64,000 nucleotides of DNA, taken from positions 246,625 to 310,624 of the forward strand of contig JAJYXM010000016.1 in NCBI GenBank assembly GCA_021796435.1, read 5' to 3'. This DNA comes from a bacterium (GTDB lineage Bacteria > Patescibacteriota > Patescibacteriia > 2-12-FULL-60-25). Under the pieces are notes generated by a model that searched no databases, was not told the origin of the DNA, and saw only the letters and a program-made list of their open reading frames with translations. The position numbers and the translations under genes were made by a program. How positions within the stretch are numbered: position 1 is the stretch's first letter; every line of letters starts with the position of its first letter. Positions 47,357 to 58,290 of the stretch are shown one piece after another.

Positions 47357-48307
47357 TTATCCTAGATAGATCCTTAGCGCTTGATATGCGGCATAGACGC
47401 CGACCAGGATCAGGCCATGGATACGGCCCAGATACTTATCGCGGCTGAAAAGCAGCATGATGAAAATCAAGACCGAAGTAAGTCCGACCGCAATCAGATC
47501 GATGAATTGCAGGTTGTTGAACGGCAGGTCGTGCAGTAGGGCGGTGAAACCCAGGATGAAAATCAGATTGAAGAGCGAAGATCCTATCAGGTTGCCGACG
47601 ACGAGATCGTGTTTCTTGCGGATCATGCCGGTGATCGAAGTGGCGAGTTCAGGCAAACTCGTGCCCAGCGCGACGATGGTCAGGCCGAAGAGGTTTTCGG
47701 AAACGCCCATCATCTTGGCGAGATCAAGCGCGCTGATGACTATCCAGTCTGCGCTGATGGCCAAGCCGACGATACCAACGACGATCGAAGCGTACGACAG
47801 CAGCAGCTTCCGTCGTGATACGTTGTGCGCAGTCTGTTCGCCACGATAGACGGAAAACGCGAAGTATAGATAGAGCGGCAAGGTGCACAACAGCAAGATA
47901 CCGTCGAACCAGGTGAGTACATGCGGGGTCCGCGTTATCGAATAGGCTCCCGTGACCATCAGGGCGACGAACAAGCTGATCAAGAGGTTGAGCGGCAGAC
48001 CGATGTTGAATGTCTGCATTTTTACCTTGATCCTTTTCGCCAACACCACTACACCGAGGATGAGCAGAAGGTTGGCCAGGTTGCTGCCTAAAATATTACC
48101 GACCGGTAATGAATCAGAGCCTTGGTTGACCGAGAGGATACTGACCGCCAATTCCGGGGCAGAAGTGCCGATAGCTATGATGGTCAGCCCGATGAAATTC
48201 TGCGAAAGGTTGTAGCGCTCGGCCAGCGTCTCTGCACCGCGGATCAGCCAATCGGCGGATTTCGTGAGTAAGGCAAAACCCAAGAGCAAGAGGATGACTT
48301 CCAACAT
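47357..48307 (-). CDS. CaCA-family Na+/Ca2+ exchanger (YrbG-like)
   Basis: Two alpha-repeats with GTSAPEL / GTSLPEL. Confidence 0.8.
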   Translation of the reverse strand: MLEVILLLLGFALLTKSADWLIRGAETLAERYNLSQNFIGLTIIAIGTSAPELAVSILSVNQGSDSLPVGNILGSNLANLLLILGVVVLAKRIKVKMQTFNIGLPLNLLISLFVALMVTGAYSITRTPHVLTWFDGILLLCTLPLYLYFAFSVYRGEQTAHNVSRRKLLLSYASIVVGIVGLAISADWIVISALDLAKMMGVSENLFGLTIVALGTSLPELATSITGMIRKKHDLVVGNLIGSSLFNLIFILGFTALLHDLPFNNLQFIDLIAVGLTSVLIFIMLLFSRDKYLGRIHGLILVGVYAAYQALRIYLG

Positions 48308-48431
48308 GCTGTCATTTTAGCATGTTAATAGGATAAGTGACGCATCGTAAGCGCATGATGGATGCTCATGGTTCACATATTACTGGAACTGGTGTAAAAT
48401 ATAGGCAAGTAATTTTTTAATCCCGAACTTT

Positions 48432-49106
48432 ATGCCTTCCCGTACATTACGCACACGCAGCGCAGCTGCCGCAAACAAGAAGAGCAGTCAGCCGAGCAAA
48501 GAGCCCGTATGCTGCAACCAACCGATGACTTTGATTTGGGTGTTGATCACTGTCCTGTCTTTGGGTTTCGCCTGGGTCATGCTCGTCAGCTACCTGCGTC
48601 TCGAATACCAACAGCGCGACGTCGATTCGTTGAACCGCGAATTATCCGACTCGCAATTACGTCTGCAATGGATGCAACGCAGTCTGCAGAATTTTTCCTC
48701 CGGCGAGGTAATGACGCCGCCAGCGGCACCTCCCATGATGGACGACACCTCAACGCCGGGTGCGATGACGAACCCTGCGTCGACGACGCCGGGACAGGCT
48801 GATAGTTCAGGCTATAATGGAATATTGACCAGGGGAGCTTATTCCCCGGACGGAACCAAATATGCCGGCTATGACGACGTCACCCCGGGGAAGATGGGTT
48901 TGGGCGTGGAGTCATTCTCGGAGAACAAGCTGAGGCATGTCGTATTGTTCAACCGATATACGGAATCGAGCGGCGTCGGTACGCCGGATGAGTCTATGCT
49001 TTCGGTACGCTGGCAGGACGACAGTACGATCGAATACGACGTGTTGGTCAAGAAAGCCGACGGCAGTACGAGCAAAGAGACCCGTGAGATAAAGATATTC
49101 TTCTAG
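48432..49106 (+). CDS. Membrane-anchored hypothetical protein
   Basis: Single TM after internal Met (MTLIWVLITVLSLGFAWVMLV), Pro/Thr-rich linker. Confidence 0.45.
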   Translation: MPSRTLRTRSAAAANKKSSQPSKEPVCCNQPMTLIWVLITVLSLGFAWVMLVSYLRLEYQQRDVDSLNRELSDSQLRLQWMQRSLQNFSSGEVMTPPAAPPMMDDTSTPGAMTNPASTTPGQADSSGYNGILTRGAYSPDGTKYAGYDDVTPGKMGLGVESFSENKLRHVVLFNRYTESSGVGTPDESMLSVRWQDDSTIEYDVLVKKADGSTSKETREIKIFF

Positions 49107-49231
49107 GTCTGCAACAAACAGAGCGTCCGATAATCCAAGCCCCGTATAACCGGGGCTTTTGGTTTTTCGGCAGGGGAAGTATCATTATCGGGAATTCCTA
49201 ATTTCTAATCACCAATCTTTAATCGCATCCT

Positions 49232-50245
49232 ATGCCAAATATCGCCATCAATGGTTTCGGCCGTATCGGCCGTAACGTATTCAAAGCCGGTTTCGACAAG
49301 CCTGGGTTCAATGTAGTAGCCGTCAATGACCTTACGGATTCCAAGACTTTAGCCCATCTGTTGAAACACGATTCCACGTATCATGCTTGGGCAAAGGACG
49401 TCAGCTTCGATGAACATAATGTGATCGTGAACGGGAAGAAGATCCCAGTGTTCGCGGAGAAGGACCCTAAGATGTTGCCTTGGGGCAAGATGAAGGTGGA
49501 CGTGGTCTTGGAATGTACCGGCAGGTTCACGACCGAAGAAGGTGCAAGCCAGCACATAACGGCAGGGGCGAAGCTGGCCATCATCTCGGCTCCGGCCAAG
49601 GGCGGAAACGTGCCGACGCACGTCATCGGAGTGAACGCGAAGGAAGCCGGAAAGACGGCGAAGATAATAAACAACGCGAGCTGCACGACGAATTGCATCG
49701 CACCGGTGGCGGCCATCATGCACGAAGTCTTCGGCGTGAAGAAAGCCATGATGACCACGGTACATTCCTATACCGCCGACCAAGTGCTGCAGGACGGTCC
49801 GCACAAGGATCTGCGGCGTGCCCGGGCGGCGGCGCAGAACATGGTGCCCACCACGACCGGCGCAGCGATCGCCACGACCGAAGTGATACCCGAGTTGAAA
49901 GGGCTGTTCGACGGGATCTCCATCCGCGTACCTACGCCCTGCGTCTCCTTGGCTGACTTTACCTTCTTGCTCAAACGTAAGACGACCAAAGATGAAGTCA
50001 ACGCCGCGCTCAAGAAAGCAGCCAAGAGCGCCATGTACAAAGGTATCTTGGAGGTGTCTGAAGAACCGCTCGTGTCGTCCGACTTCATGGGCAACCCGGC
50101 GTCTTCCATCGTGGACTTGCCGTTCACCCAGGTCGTGGCAGGGGATATGGTCAAAGTATTAGCTTGGTACGACAACGAGTGGGGTTATTCACATCGCTTG
50201 GCTGAGATAGCGCTCATCGCGGCGAAGAATATAGGCAAAAAATGA
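49232..50245 (+). CDS. gap: Glyceraldehyde-3-phosphate dehydrogenase
   Basis: INGFGRIGRNVFK, ASCTTNCIAP active site. Confidence 0.9.
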   Translation: MPNIAINGFGRIGRNVFKAGFDKPGFNVVAVNDLTDSKTLAHLLKHDSTYHAWAKDVSFDEHNVIVNGKKIPVFAEKDPKMLPWGKMKVDVVLECTGRFTTEEGASQHITAGAKLAIISAPAKGGNVPTHVIGVNAKEAGKTAKIINNASCTTNCIAPVAAIMHEVFGVKKAMMTTVHSYTADQVLQDGPHKDLRRARAAAQNMVPTTTGAAIATTEVIPELKGLFDGISIRVPTPCVSLADFTFLLKRKTTKDEVNAALKKAAKSAMYKGILEVSEEPLVSSDFMGNPASSIVDLPFTQVVAGDMVKVLAWYDNEWGYSHRLAEIALIAAKNIGKK

Positions 50246-51150
50246 GCATAGACCTGCGTAGATCGCGGAGCCTCAAGAAACCGTTCGACATCGTTTTGGC
50301 GTCAGTAGCGCTCGTTGGTTTCTTTTTGGCCTATGTCGGATTTTCTTTAGGAGGGATATGGATCGGCTTAGGTTGGTTGATGTTGGTCTGCGAGGGGATA
50401 CTGGCTTACGGCGTGTTCATCGAGCCGCAAAGGTTGGAAGTGATTCGATATCGCAGTGCCTTGGCGAAAGAGCCGAGTGAGTGGATCAAGATCGCGCTGC
50501 TTTCGGATTTCCATGCGGGTGACTTCAGGTTCCGTGATTGGTTCGCGCGTGTCGCGCGTGAGGTACAGGCTTTGAAACCAGATCTGATTCTGTTGGGCGG
50601 GGACTACGTGTGTTACAGGGCTGACACCATCAGTGAACTTGAACCGCTACGCGATCTGCAGGCGCCATTGGGTAAATATTTCGTGATGGGAAACCATGAT
50701 TATTTCGATGCTCCAGAAAAGATCGTGGCTTATGTGAAAGGCCTGGGTTATTCGGACCTGACGAATAGTGTCGTGGACGTGGAGCGTGGCGGGCGCAAAT
50801 TGGAGGTCTTAGGCTTGGATGACCCTTGGCACGGTAGCCCGATGATGAAGAGAAGATCTTCGGCGGAAACGGCGCATATCATTCTGGCGCATGAGCCTGA
50901 CATGCTGCTTGATCTTAAGGAGGGTGATACGGATCTGGTCTTGTGCGGACATGTGCATAGCGGACAAGTCCGTTTTCCGTTGATCGGTTCTTTGCGTCCC
51001 ATACCGGCAAAGCTAGGACGCAGGGTCGAGCGCGGTGAAGTGCGGATCAATGGCGTGCCGTGCATCATAAGTAATGGGTTGGGGGAGTGCGATGCGCGTC
51101 CGCGACTTCTGGCCCGTCCGCAGATCGTGTTGGTCGAGGTGGGGATTTAG
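50242..51150 (+). CDS. Membrane-anchored calcineurin-like metallophosphoesterase
   Basis: Two N-terminal TM helices; DFHAGD, GNHDYF, GHVHSGQ motifs. Confidence 0.7.
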   Translation: MSIDLRRSRSLKKPFDIVLASVALVGFFLAYVGFSLGGIWIGLGWLMLVCEGILAYGVFIEPQRLEVIRYRSALAKEPSEWIKIALLSDFHAGDFRFRDWFARVAREVQALKPDLILLGGDYVCYRADTISELEPLRDLQAPLGKYFVMGNHDYFDAPEKIVAYVKGLGYSDLTNSVVDVERGGRKLEVLGLDDPWHGSPMMKRRSSAETAHIILAHEPDMLLDLKEGDTDLVLCGHVHSGQVRFPLIGSLRPIPAKLGRRVERGEVRINGVPCIISNGLGECDARPRLLARPQIVLVEVGI

Positions 51151-51174
51151 ACCGAAAATAGGCAATTCCAGGCA

Positions 51175-51759
51175 GTGACAGAAGTAATGGGAAGAACCAA
51201 GAAATATATGGGTACACAGGAATCGTTCAAAAAGGTTGTCGACCGCGTGATTTGCGACAACCAAGAGACTTACGAAAAGTATGTCCGTAGGTCTGAAGAA
51301 GGCGCTTTGACGCGGGACGAAAATGCACAGTCACATATCTGCGTTTACTTTTTACCTATTGATTCCGAGAGTCGTAAAGTCTTCATGATTTTGCATAAAA
51401 AAGCCGGCATGTGGCTTTCGCCGGGTGGCCACGTCGATGCGGGGGAAACGTTGTTGCAGGCACTGAATCGGGAGATGGGTGAAGAGCTCGGGACGAAGAA
51501 TGCTTCATCGGTAGATCAGAAGCCGTTTCTTCTGACGATGACCCCGATCGATAACATCGTGCAGCCATGCAAGCTACATTTCGACGTCTGGTTCGCAGTC
51601 CATACCGACGGAAAGGATTTCGCCGTTGATCCTACGGAATTCCTTGATGCGAAGTGGTTATCTATCGCCGAAGCCATGGAGAGAGTGGTCGACCCAGCCA
51701 ACCTCAGGGCTTTGCGAATCATCGGACAGTCTTGGTCGGAACAATCCGAAAAAGATTAG
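51175..51759 (+). CDS. NUDIX hydrolase
   Basis: Nudix box GGHVDAGETLLQALNREMGEELG. Confidence 0.7.
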   Translation: MTEVMGRTKKYMGTQESFKKVVDRVICDNQETYEKYVRRSEEGALTRDENAQSHICVYFLPIDSESRKVFMILHKKAGMWLSPGGHVDAGETLLQALNREMGEELGTKNASSVDQKPFLLTMTPIDNIVQPCKLHFDVWFAVHTDGKDFAVDPTEFLDAKWLSIAEAMERVVDPANLRALRIIGQSWSEQSEKD

Positions 51760-51792
51760 TTATCGGGAGCGCGATTGTGTTATCCTATTGCC

Positions 51793-52989
51793 ATGAAATT
51801 ACCTCTTTTACCGCCGAGCAAGAACCTGAAAGGCAAGAAGATTTTTTTGCGCGTCGATTGGAATGTGCCGCTCAAAGGCGCATTCGCCGCGGATGAGTCG
51901 TTGAAGATCACTAGATCCGTACAGACGGTCAAGGATCTCGCGGCGCGCGGAGCCATCGTATTGGTCGCGACGCATCTGGGACGCCCCAAGAAGCGGGAAG
52001 CGGAATATAGCACAGAGAACCTGCTGAAACGTTTGCCGGCAGGATCCGGGATAAAGCCGATATTCTTGGGTTATGCGTTGGATGAAAAAGCGGGTCTGGA
52101 GAAGGCGGTGGCTAGGCTCAAGCGAGCTGTCGCAGGAGATGTTTTTCTCCTGGAGAACGTGCGTTTCTATCCGGGCGAGGAAAAGAACGATGCGAAGTTG
52201 GCGAAAGCTTATGCAGATTTGTCCGATTTCTACATGAACGACGCTTTCGCATCCAGCCATAGGATGCATTCATCGATCGTTGCGATTGCCAAACAACTGC
52301 CGGCATATGCGGGCCCGACATTGGTGCAGGAAGTCGGAGCGTTGGATAAACTACTGGGTAAGCCGAAACATCCCTACATCGCCTTGATCGGCGGCGCCAA
52401 GCTGACCACGAAGCTGCCTGTCATAGAAGCACTGCTGAAGACGGCGGATAAAGTCATGATCGGCGGCGCTATGGCTCACCCTTTCTTCCAAGCCAAGAAG
52501 CTCGAGATAGGGAAGTCCTATACCGAGAAAGAAGGTCTGCCCGCAGCCCAGAAGATGATGAAGAATCCTAAGATCGTATTGCCGATCGACGTGGTTGTGG
52601 CGCGTAAAGTGGCTCCAGGCGCCAAAGCTTCGGCCTGTCTCGTCGGCAAAGTTAAGAAGACGGAAGCTATCGGCGATATCGGACCGCAGACGATGCAGGC
52701 TTGGTCGGCGGAGATCAAGAAGGCGAAGACGATCGTGTGGAACGGTCCTTTGGGCGTAGCGGACATCCCGACATTCTCGCATGGTTCAATGGTGATTGCG
52801 CGTGCCATGGCCATCCGCAGCAAAGGTGAGGCTTATGGCGTGGTCGGCGGAGGCGATACTTTACCTGTGGTAATGGGATCGGGCATGGACGAGTGGTTCG
52901 ACCACATCTCCACCGGAGGCGGGGCTATGCTGGAATTCATCGTCAAAAAGGGCAAACTTCCAGGTTTGAATGCACTAATCAAGAAATGA
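51793..52989 (+). CDS. pgk: Phosphoglycerate kinase
   Basis: FLRVDWNVPL, hinge and C-terminal nucleotide-binding motifs (GGGD, GGGA). Confidence 0.9.
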   Translation: MKLPLLPPSKNLKGKKIFLRVDWNVPLKGAFAADESLKITRSVQTVKDLAARGAIVLVATHLGRPKKREAEYSTENLLKRLPAGSGIKPIFLGYALDEKAGLEKAVARLKRAVAGDVFLLENVRFYPGEEKNDAKLAKAYADLSDFYMNDAFASSHRMHSSIVAIAKQLPAYAGPTLVQEVGALDKLLGKPKHPYIALIGGAKLTTKLPVIEALLKTADKVMIGGAMAHPFFQAKKLEIGKSYTEKEGLPAAQKMMKNPKIVLPIDVVVARKVAPGAKASACLVGKVKKTEAIGDIGPQTMQAWSAEIKKAKTIVWNGPLGVADIPTFSHGSMVIARAMAIRSKGEAYGVVGGGDTLPVVMGSGMDEWFDHISTGGGAMLEFIVKKGKLPGLNALIKK

Positions 52990-53282
52990 AAAGAATTATG
53001 CCGACTGAAGCGCAAAAACCAAACGAGACTAAAGAGCAATTTAATCTACGCATAAACATCTTCAAGAAGACGCTTGAACTCATGACGAGCGCGTTCGCTT
53101 TGGTCGCTGCTTTGGCCTGGAACGATGCGGTCCAGATGACGTTCAAGCAGGTTTTCGGTGACCTGAGCGGTTTATGGGCGAAATATCTTTACGCCTTGAT
53201 CGTCACCGGAATCGTGGTATGGATAGGTTATAAACTCTCCAAGCTGCAGAGGGCTTTAGAGAAAAGGGACGCTAAAAATTAG
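52986..53282 (+). CDS. Small membrane protein
   Basis: ATG overlaps pgk stop (ATGA); two hydrophobic segments. Confidence 0.4.
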   Translation: MKRIMPTEAQKPNETKEQFNLRINIFKKTLELMTSAFALVAALAWNDAVQMTFKQVFGDLSGLWAKYLYALIVTGIVVWIGYKLSKLQRALEKRDAKN

Positions 53283-53284
53283 GC

Positions 53285-53776
53285 CTATAATAGACTCTCT
53301 TGCTCGAGTCGGATGAAGAGCTTGTCGACTGCTTCGCCGAGCCGTGAGACGAATTCTTGATCGAACGAGTACTCTTTGTTGTTTTTCCAATGGATCGGTA
53401 CTGGCTTTATCTCAAAATAATCGTCGTCCGATACGAAATCATACAGAGGCACGTCCATGAAATAAAAAGTTCCCGTACCGGCTGAGGAAGTGTGGAAAAA
53501 CTCATCCGAGTGAGTATTGCAGAAGTCCAAGATTGCCGCATCAGTATTTTCGTCCAGCATCTCCGGCAGGACGACGTCCAGACAGTTCTCAAAAGCAATC
53601 GGGACATTGCTCATGAGCTCGAGACCTTCATTCGCAACCCAGTCCATGATCGCTGACTTAAGCTTTTCAGGGGTGAAGTTTTTGCGTTCAGAAGCGTTTT
53701 CGGTTCCGGTTTCGGGAGTCTTGGTTTGGTTGGATTGAGGGGAGTCTGGGGAATAAGGCATATGGTCATTATTCAT
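53285..53776 (-). CDS. Hypothetical acidic protein
   Basis: 163-aa ORF. Confidence 0.45.
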   Translation of the reverse strand: MNNDHMPYSPDSPQSNQTKTPETGTENASERKNFTPEKLKSAIMDWVANEGLELMSNVPIAFENCLDVVLPEMLDENTDAAILDFCNTHSDEFFHTSSAGTGTFYFMDVPLYDFVSDDDYFEIKPVPIHWKNNKEYSFDQEFVSRLGEAVDKLFIRLEQESLL

Positions 53777-53844
53777 CGAATGATGCTTGCCTTGCTTCTT
53801 CTGGTCAAGTCGGGACAGGATAAGGATAGTTTGTTATATTATGT

Positions 53845-55119
53845 ATGAAAAATATGCCGAAATCATCAAAAATATCTTCTATCTTGGCGCGTGAAATCCT
53901 GGATTCGCGCGGCAATCCTACCGTAGCCTGTCGCGTTACGCTGCAGTCTGGTGCATCCGCCGAGGCTAAAGTCCCCTCCGGCGCATCGACCGGCGTGCAT
54001 GAAGCCTTGGAATTGCGTGACGGCGGGAAGCGTTATGGCGGCAAGGGTGTGTTGAAAGCCGTCGAGAACGTGAATAAAACCATCGCCCCTGTCCTGATAG
54101 GGATAGACGCCGCAAGACAAGAGGACATCGATCATGTGATGATCGAGCTGGACGGCACGAAGAATAAATCACGCTTGGGCGCGAACGCCATACTCTCGGT
54201 CTCTTTAGCGTTGGCCGAGGCTGTCGCGGTATACCGCAAGATGCCGTTATGGAAATCTTTGCGCCAGACTTTCGAATTCAAGAAGAAAGCCGGTCTGCCG
54301 GTACCGATGATGAACGTACTGAACGGCGGAGCGCATGCGGATTGGTCTTTGGACGTACAGGAATGCATGCTTATGCCCCTGCAGAAGAAGTTTTCGGAGC
54401 GGGTACGCGCCGGAGCGGAGACCTTTCACGTCTTGGCCAAGATGCTCAAAGAGAACGGATTCGCCACGACGGTAGGTGATGAGGGTGGGTTCGCGCCAAA
54501 ATTGCAGACCGTCGAGAACGCTTTCGAGTTGCTAGTGCGGGCTATAAAGAAAGCCGGCTACAAGCCGGGTTCTGAAATCGCGCTCGCGACGGACGTGGCC
54601 TCGAGCGAATTCTATGACGCGAAGCGCCAGGCATATATCTTCAAGGCTGAGGGCGGGAAAGAATATTCTGCCGATGAATTGACGAAGCGTTATCAGGAGT
54701 GGCAGAAGAAATACCCCTTGATCTCGATCGAAGATCCTTTCGCTGAAGACGATTGGGAAGCATGGAAGAAATCCTTGCCTTTGTTGGGAAAGAAATCTTT
54801 GATCGTGGGAGATGATTTCTTCGTAACGAACATCGAACGGTTGGCGCGGGGCATCAAGGAGAAGGCGGCTAACGCGATCCTCATCAAGCTGAATCAGATA
54901 GGATCGTTGACCGAAACCGTAGAGGCCATAAAGATGGCACAAGCGGCGAAATTCGCGGTCATCGTTTCGCATAGGTCCGGCGAGACGGATGATACGTTCA
55001 TCGCCGATCTGTCCGTCGCAAGCGGGGCGGAACATATCAAGACGGGTTCGTTATCCCGCTCTGAAAGGGTGGAAAAGTACAACCGACTGTTGGCGATAGA
55101 AGATGAACTGAGGAAATAA
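53845..55119 (+). CDS. eno: Enolase
   Basis: ILAREILDSRGNPTV, SHRSGETED signatures. Confidence 0.9.
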   Translation: MKNMPKSSKISSILAREILDSRGNPTVACRVTLQSGASAEAKVPSGASTGVHEALELRDGGKRYGGKGVLKAVENVNKTIAPVLIGIDAARQEDIDHVMIELDGTKNKSRLGANAILSVSLALAEAVAVYRKMPLWKSLRQTFEFKKKAGLPVPMMNVLNGGAHADWSLDVQECMLMPLQKKFSERVRAGAETFHVLAKMLKENGFATTVGDEGGFAPKLQTVENAFELLVRAIKKAGYKPGSEIALATDVASSEFYDAKRQAYIFKAEGGKEYSADELTKRYQEWQKKYPLISIEDPFAEDDWEAWKKSLPLLGKKSLIVGDDFFVTNIERLARGIKEKAANAILIKLNQIGSLTETVEAIKMAQAAKFAVIVSHRSGETDDTFIADLSVASGAEHIKTGSLSRSERVEKYNRLLAIEDELRK

Positions 55120-55389
55120 AGATCATCCCGGGTCTTGTCCCGGGATGATGGTCTTCAGACCGTCTGGATCTTTTCTTTGATACCTTCCACTTTGCGTCGA
55201 TCGACCTCTTCCACTGCCTTGACTGCCTTGTGCCTGAAGTCATGCACGATCTGCTTCGTACGTCGATGATATCCGGCAAGGATTTTTTTGATGGCGACTT
55301 TTTGTTCGGCGGTGATGGGCATGCGGATATTATAGCCTAAAGTGCGACCCGCCAGGAGAGGGGCGGGTCAAGGGTGGTATCGAATGCGG

Positions 55390-55827
55390 TCAACGGCCTT
55401 TTTTGCCGCCGCATGAGGCCTCCAGTTCGTGCACGTCCGGCGCCGTGAACTTTTTGCGGAATCCACTTTGTCCGGAGTCGCGCGGGGTGGGCGGAGCGTC
55501 GTCGTCATCGGCGTCGTCCTCCTCGATCCGCGGCAGTGGCGGAGGAATGAATCTTGTGTTGTCCAAGATGTGATAGGCGGCCGTAGCCGATGGTCTGGCG
55601 GGTGCTCGGCAGTAGGGGCAGTAGCGCGCATTCTCCGGCATGCTCTTGTGACAAAGTTTGCACGGATTCGTGGGCGCTTGGCTGGCGGTCTGCGCATCTT
55701 CGGCGCTGGGCTTGCTGGTGCGCGGCCTGTCCGTCGGCCGATTGGTGCTGCACTTCGGGTTGACGCAGATGTGCGATATGGGTACGAGGAATTGATCGCA
55801 CTGGGGGCACCTGACGAAAGTTCCCAT
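55390..55827 (-). CDS. Double zinc-ribbon protein with Pro/Arg-rich linker
   Basis: CPQCDQF...CVNPKCS and CKLCHK...CPYC; RBS AAAAGGAGA. Confidence 0.5.
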   Translation of the reverse strand: MGTFVRCPQCDQFLVPISHICVNPKCSTNRPTDRPRTSKPSAEDAQTASQAPTNPCKLCHKSMPENARYCPYCRAPARPSATAAYHILDNTRFIPPPLPRIEEDDADDDDAPPTPRDSGQSGFRKKFTAPDVHELEASCGGKKGR

Positions 55828-55926
55828 GGGTCTCCTTTTTGTTAGTGCCACCGATCATTATACACGGGTTGAATCGGTCCTGGCCATGGGATGAGAAGTG
55901 TGATAGTTTTCATCAACCGTAACTGC

Positions 55927-57249
55927 ATGCCTAAATACCATATCGTCACCTTCGGTTGTCAGATGAACAAGAACGATTCCGAAAGGATCGCCGGTTTGCT
56001 GTCAGAGATCGGATTCAGCGCGACGGAGAACGAAGCTGAGGCCGACCTGATCCTGATGAATACCTGCTCCGTCAGGCAAAGTGCGGAGGAAAGGATTTTC
56101 GGCAAGATGAAGGATTATAAGGAGCTGAAGGAAACGAACCCTGGATTGATCGTCGCCGTCACCGGATGCATGGCCGGAAGGGACCACGATGGAGCGCTAA
56201 GGAAACGCCTGCAGTATGTGGATTTGTTCTTTCCGACTCGCGACATGGTCAACTTGCCACGCTGGATCGCGGAGTTGCGGCCGGAATTGGTCAACGGAAG
56301 CGGGACGGAAGCGGATTATCTCAAGATAAGACCTTTACGTCTGCCTTCGGCGCAGGCTTATGTGACAATCCAGACGGGGTGCAATAATTTCTGCACTTAT
56401 TGCGTCGTGCCCTACGCGCGCGGGCTGGAGAGCAACAGATCGGTGAAAGATGTCCTGCGTGAAACGAGAGAGTTGGCGGATGCCGGGGTATTGGAAGTGA
56501 CTTTGCTTGGTCAGGCGGTAAATGCATATCGTGCGCCTGATCCGGAAAATTTTTCGGAGGGGAATCCATACAGCGACCATTTCGCGGCGCTCTTGTGGGA
56601 AATCAATCAGATTGAGAGACTCGAGAGACTGAATTGGACGGCGGCGTATCCATCGAACATGACGGATGAGGTGATAGACGCTTTAGGTCTCCCAAAGCAG
56701 GTGCGTTTCCTGCATCTTCCGGTGCAGGCGGGTTCCGACACCGTGCTTAAAAGGATGAACAGGAAATATTCACGCGATCAATATCTAGGAATAGTGGACA
56801 AGATCAGGTCTCGCCAGCCGGATCTGGCTTTAGGCACCGACATCATCGTGGGTTTTTGCGGAGAGACGGATGCAGAGTTCGCGGAGACCGTCGATCTGTA
56901 CGAAAGATGCGCATTCGATATTTCTTATACCGCGCAGTATAGCGAAAGGAGCGGGACTTTGGCGGTTAAACTATACGAAGATGACGTGCCTACGGAGGTA
57001 AAGCGTGATCGATGGAACGATCTGCAGATGCTCATGGAAAAGACGGTCTTGGCAAAAAACCAGGCCTATGTGGATAAGGTTGTTAAGGTGTTGGTTGAGA
57101 AGGTCGAGAACGGTAAAGCGAGCGGGAATTCCGAGCACCTGAAACTCACAGTTTTCGACTCCGAGGATACATCATTGGTGGGTAAAATCGTCCCCGTACA
57201 TATTTTTGAGGCACAGACATGGCGTTTAATGGGCAGATTGTTATCATGA
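55927..57249 (+). CDS. miaB: tRNA-i6A37 methylthiotransferase (radical SAM)
   Basis: N-terminal MTTase Cys triad (FGCQMN...C), radical SAM CNNFCTYC, C-terminal TRAM; adjacent miaA. Confidence 0.8.
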   Translation: MPKYHIVTFGCQMNKNDSERIAGLLSEIGFSATENEAEADLILMNTCSVRQSAEERIFGKMKDYKELKETNPGLIVAVTGCMAGRDHDGALRKRLQYVDLFFPTRDMVNLPRWIAELRPELVNGSGTEADYLKIRPLRLPSAQAYVTIQTGCNNFCTYCVVPYARGLESNRSVKDVLRETRELADAGVLEVTLLGQAVNAYRAPDPENFSEGNPYSDHFAALLWEINQIERLERLNWTAAYPSNMTDEVIDALGLPKQVRFLHLPVQAGSDTVLKRMNRKYSRDQYLGIVDKIRSRQPDLALGTDIIVGFCGETDAEFAETVDLYERCAFDISYTAQYSERSGTLAVKLYEDDVPTEVKRDRWNDLQMLMEKTVLAKNQAYVDKVVKVLVEKVENGKASGNSEHLKLTVFDSEDTSLVGKIVPVHIFEAQTWRLMGRLLS

Positions 57250-57253
57250 AGGC

Positions 57254-58213
57254 ATGAGCAGGGTGGCCAAAGCATTGCCCAGAGTGGTCTGCGTGGTCGG
57301 TCCGACATCAGCCGGAAAAACCGATTTAGGTTTAGCGTTGGCTAAGTCTTTTGACGGGGAAGTCATAAATGCCGACTCACGCCAGATATTCAAGGGATTC
57401 GACATCGGTACAGGCAAGCCCTCGGGTAAACGAGGCAAGTACGAAGGGCAACGTGCCTTCATGGTGCAAGAAGTCCCGCATTATCTGATGGACTTCTTGG
57501 AGCCGGAAAAGATGTTCACCGTGACCGAATGGCGCGACAAGGCGATGAAGGCGATACGTGGGATCAGCAAGCGGAAGCACATACCGCTGATAGTCGGCGG
57601 AACCGGACTATACATCAAGTCATTGGTAGATAATTATTCGTTTCCGCAGATTCCGCCGCAGCCGGCCCTAAGGGCGGCGTACGAAAAAAAACCATTGTCG
57701 GAACTTGTCGATCTGCTCCTGAAGTTGGATTCGGATGCGTCGCAAGCCGTTGACCTCAAGAACCCGCGGCGGGTGATCAGGGCGTTGGAAGTGGCTACGT
57801 TTTCCGGCAAACCGTTCACCAAACAGAAAAAAATAGGTAAACCCTTGGTCGAAGCCCTGCAGGTCGGCATCAAGCGTTCGCGTGAAGAGCTTTATGCCAG
57901 GATCGACAAATCGATCGACAACATGCTGCAGGAAGGATGGGTCGAAGAGATACGTAAAGCACAAGACAAGGGCATAGCGGAATCCGCCCCGGCCATGACC
58001 TCGATCGGTTATAGGGAGCTCTTGAAATACATCAAAGGCGAAGAGTCCTTCGAAAAAGCGGTGGAGCTGACCAAGCGATCCGTGCATCGTTATGCGAAGA
58101 GGCAGGAGACTTGGTTCAAGCGCGACAAGCGGATCCTTTGGTTCAAAGAAAACGAAGAAGCCGTGAAGGCCGTGGGGGAATGGCTAGGTTATTACGGCAC
58201 GTTGTGCGGATGA
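57254..58213 (+). CDS. miaA: tRNA dimethylallyltransferase
   Basis: P-loop GPTSAGKT, INADSRQIFKGFDIGTGKP. Confidence 0.85.
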   Translation: MSRVAKALPRVVCVVGPTSAGKTDLGLALAKSFDGEVINADSRQIFKGFDIGTGKPSGKRGKYEGQRAFMVQEVPHYLMDFLEPEKMFTVTEWRDKAMKAIRGISKRKHIPLIVGGTGLYIKSLVDNYSFPQIPPQPALRAAYEKKPLSELVDLLLKLDSDASQAVDLKNPRRVIRALEVATFSGKPFTKQKKIGKPLVEALQVGIKRSREELYARIDKSIDNMLQEGWVEEIRKAQDKGIAESAPAMTSIGYRELLKYIKGEESFEKAVELTKRSVHRYAKRQETWFKRDKRILWFKENEEAVKAVGEWLGYYGTLCG

Positions 58214-58290
58214 AATTGCTCCATCCCATGCGAAGACTTCCGTGTTCAACCGTAGACTATTGACTACGGTTGGATTAATATGGTAGCTGT

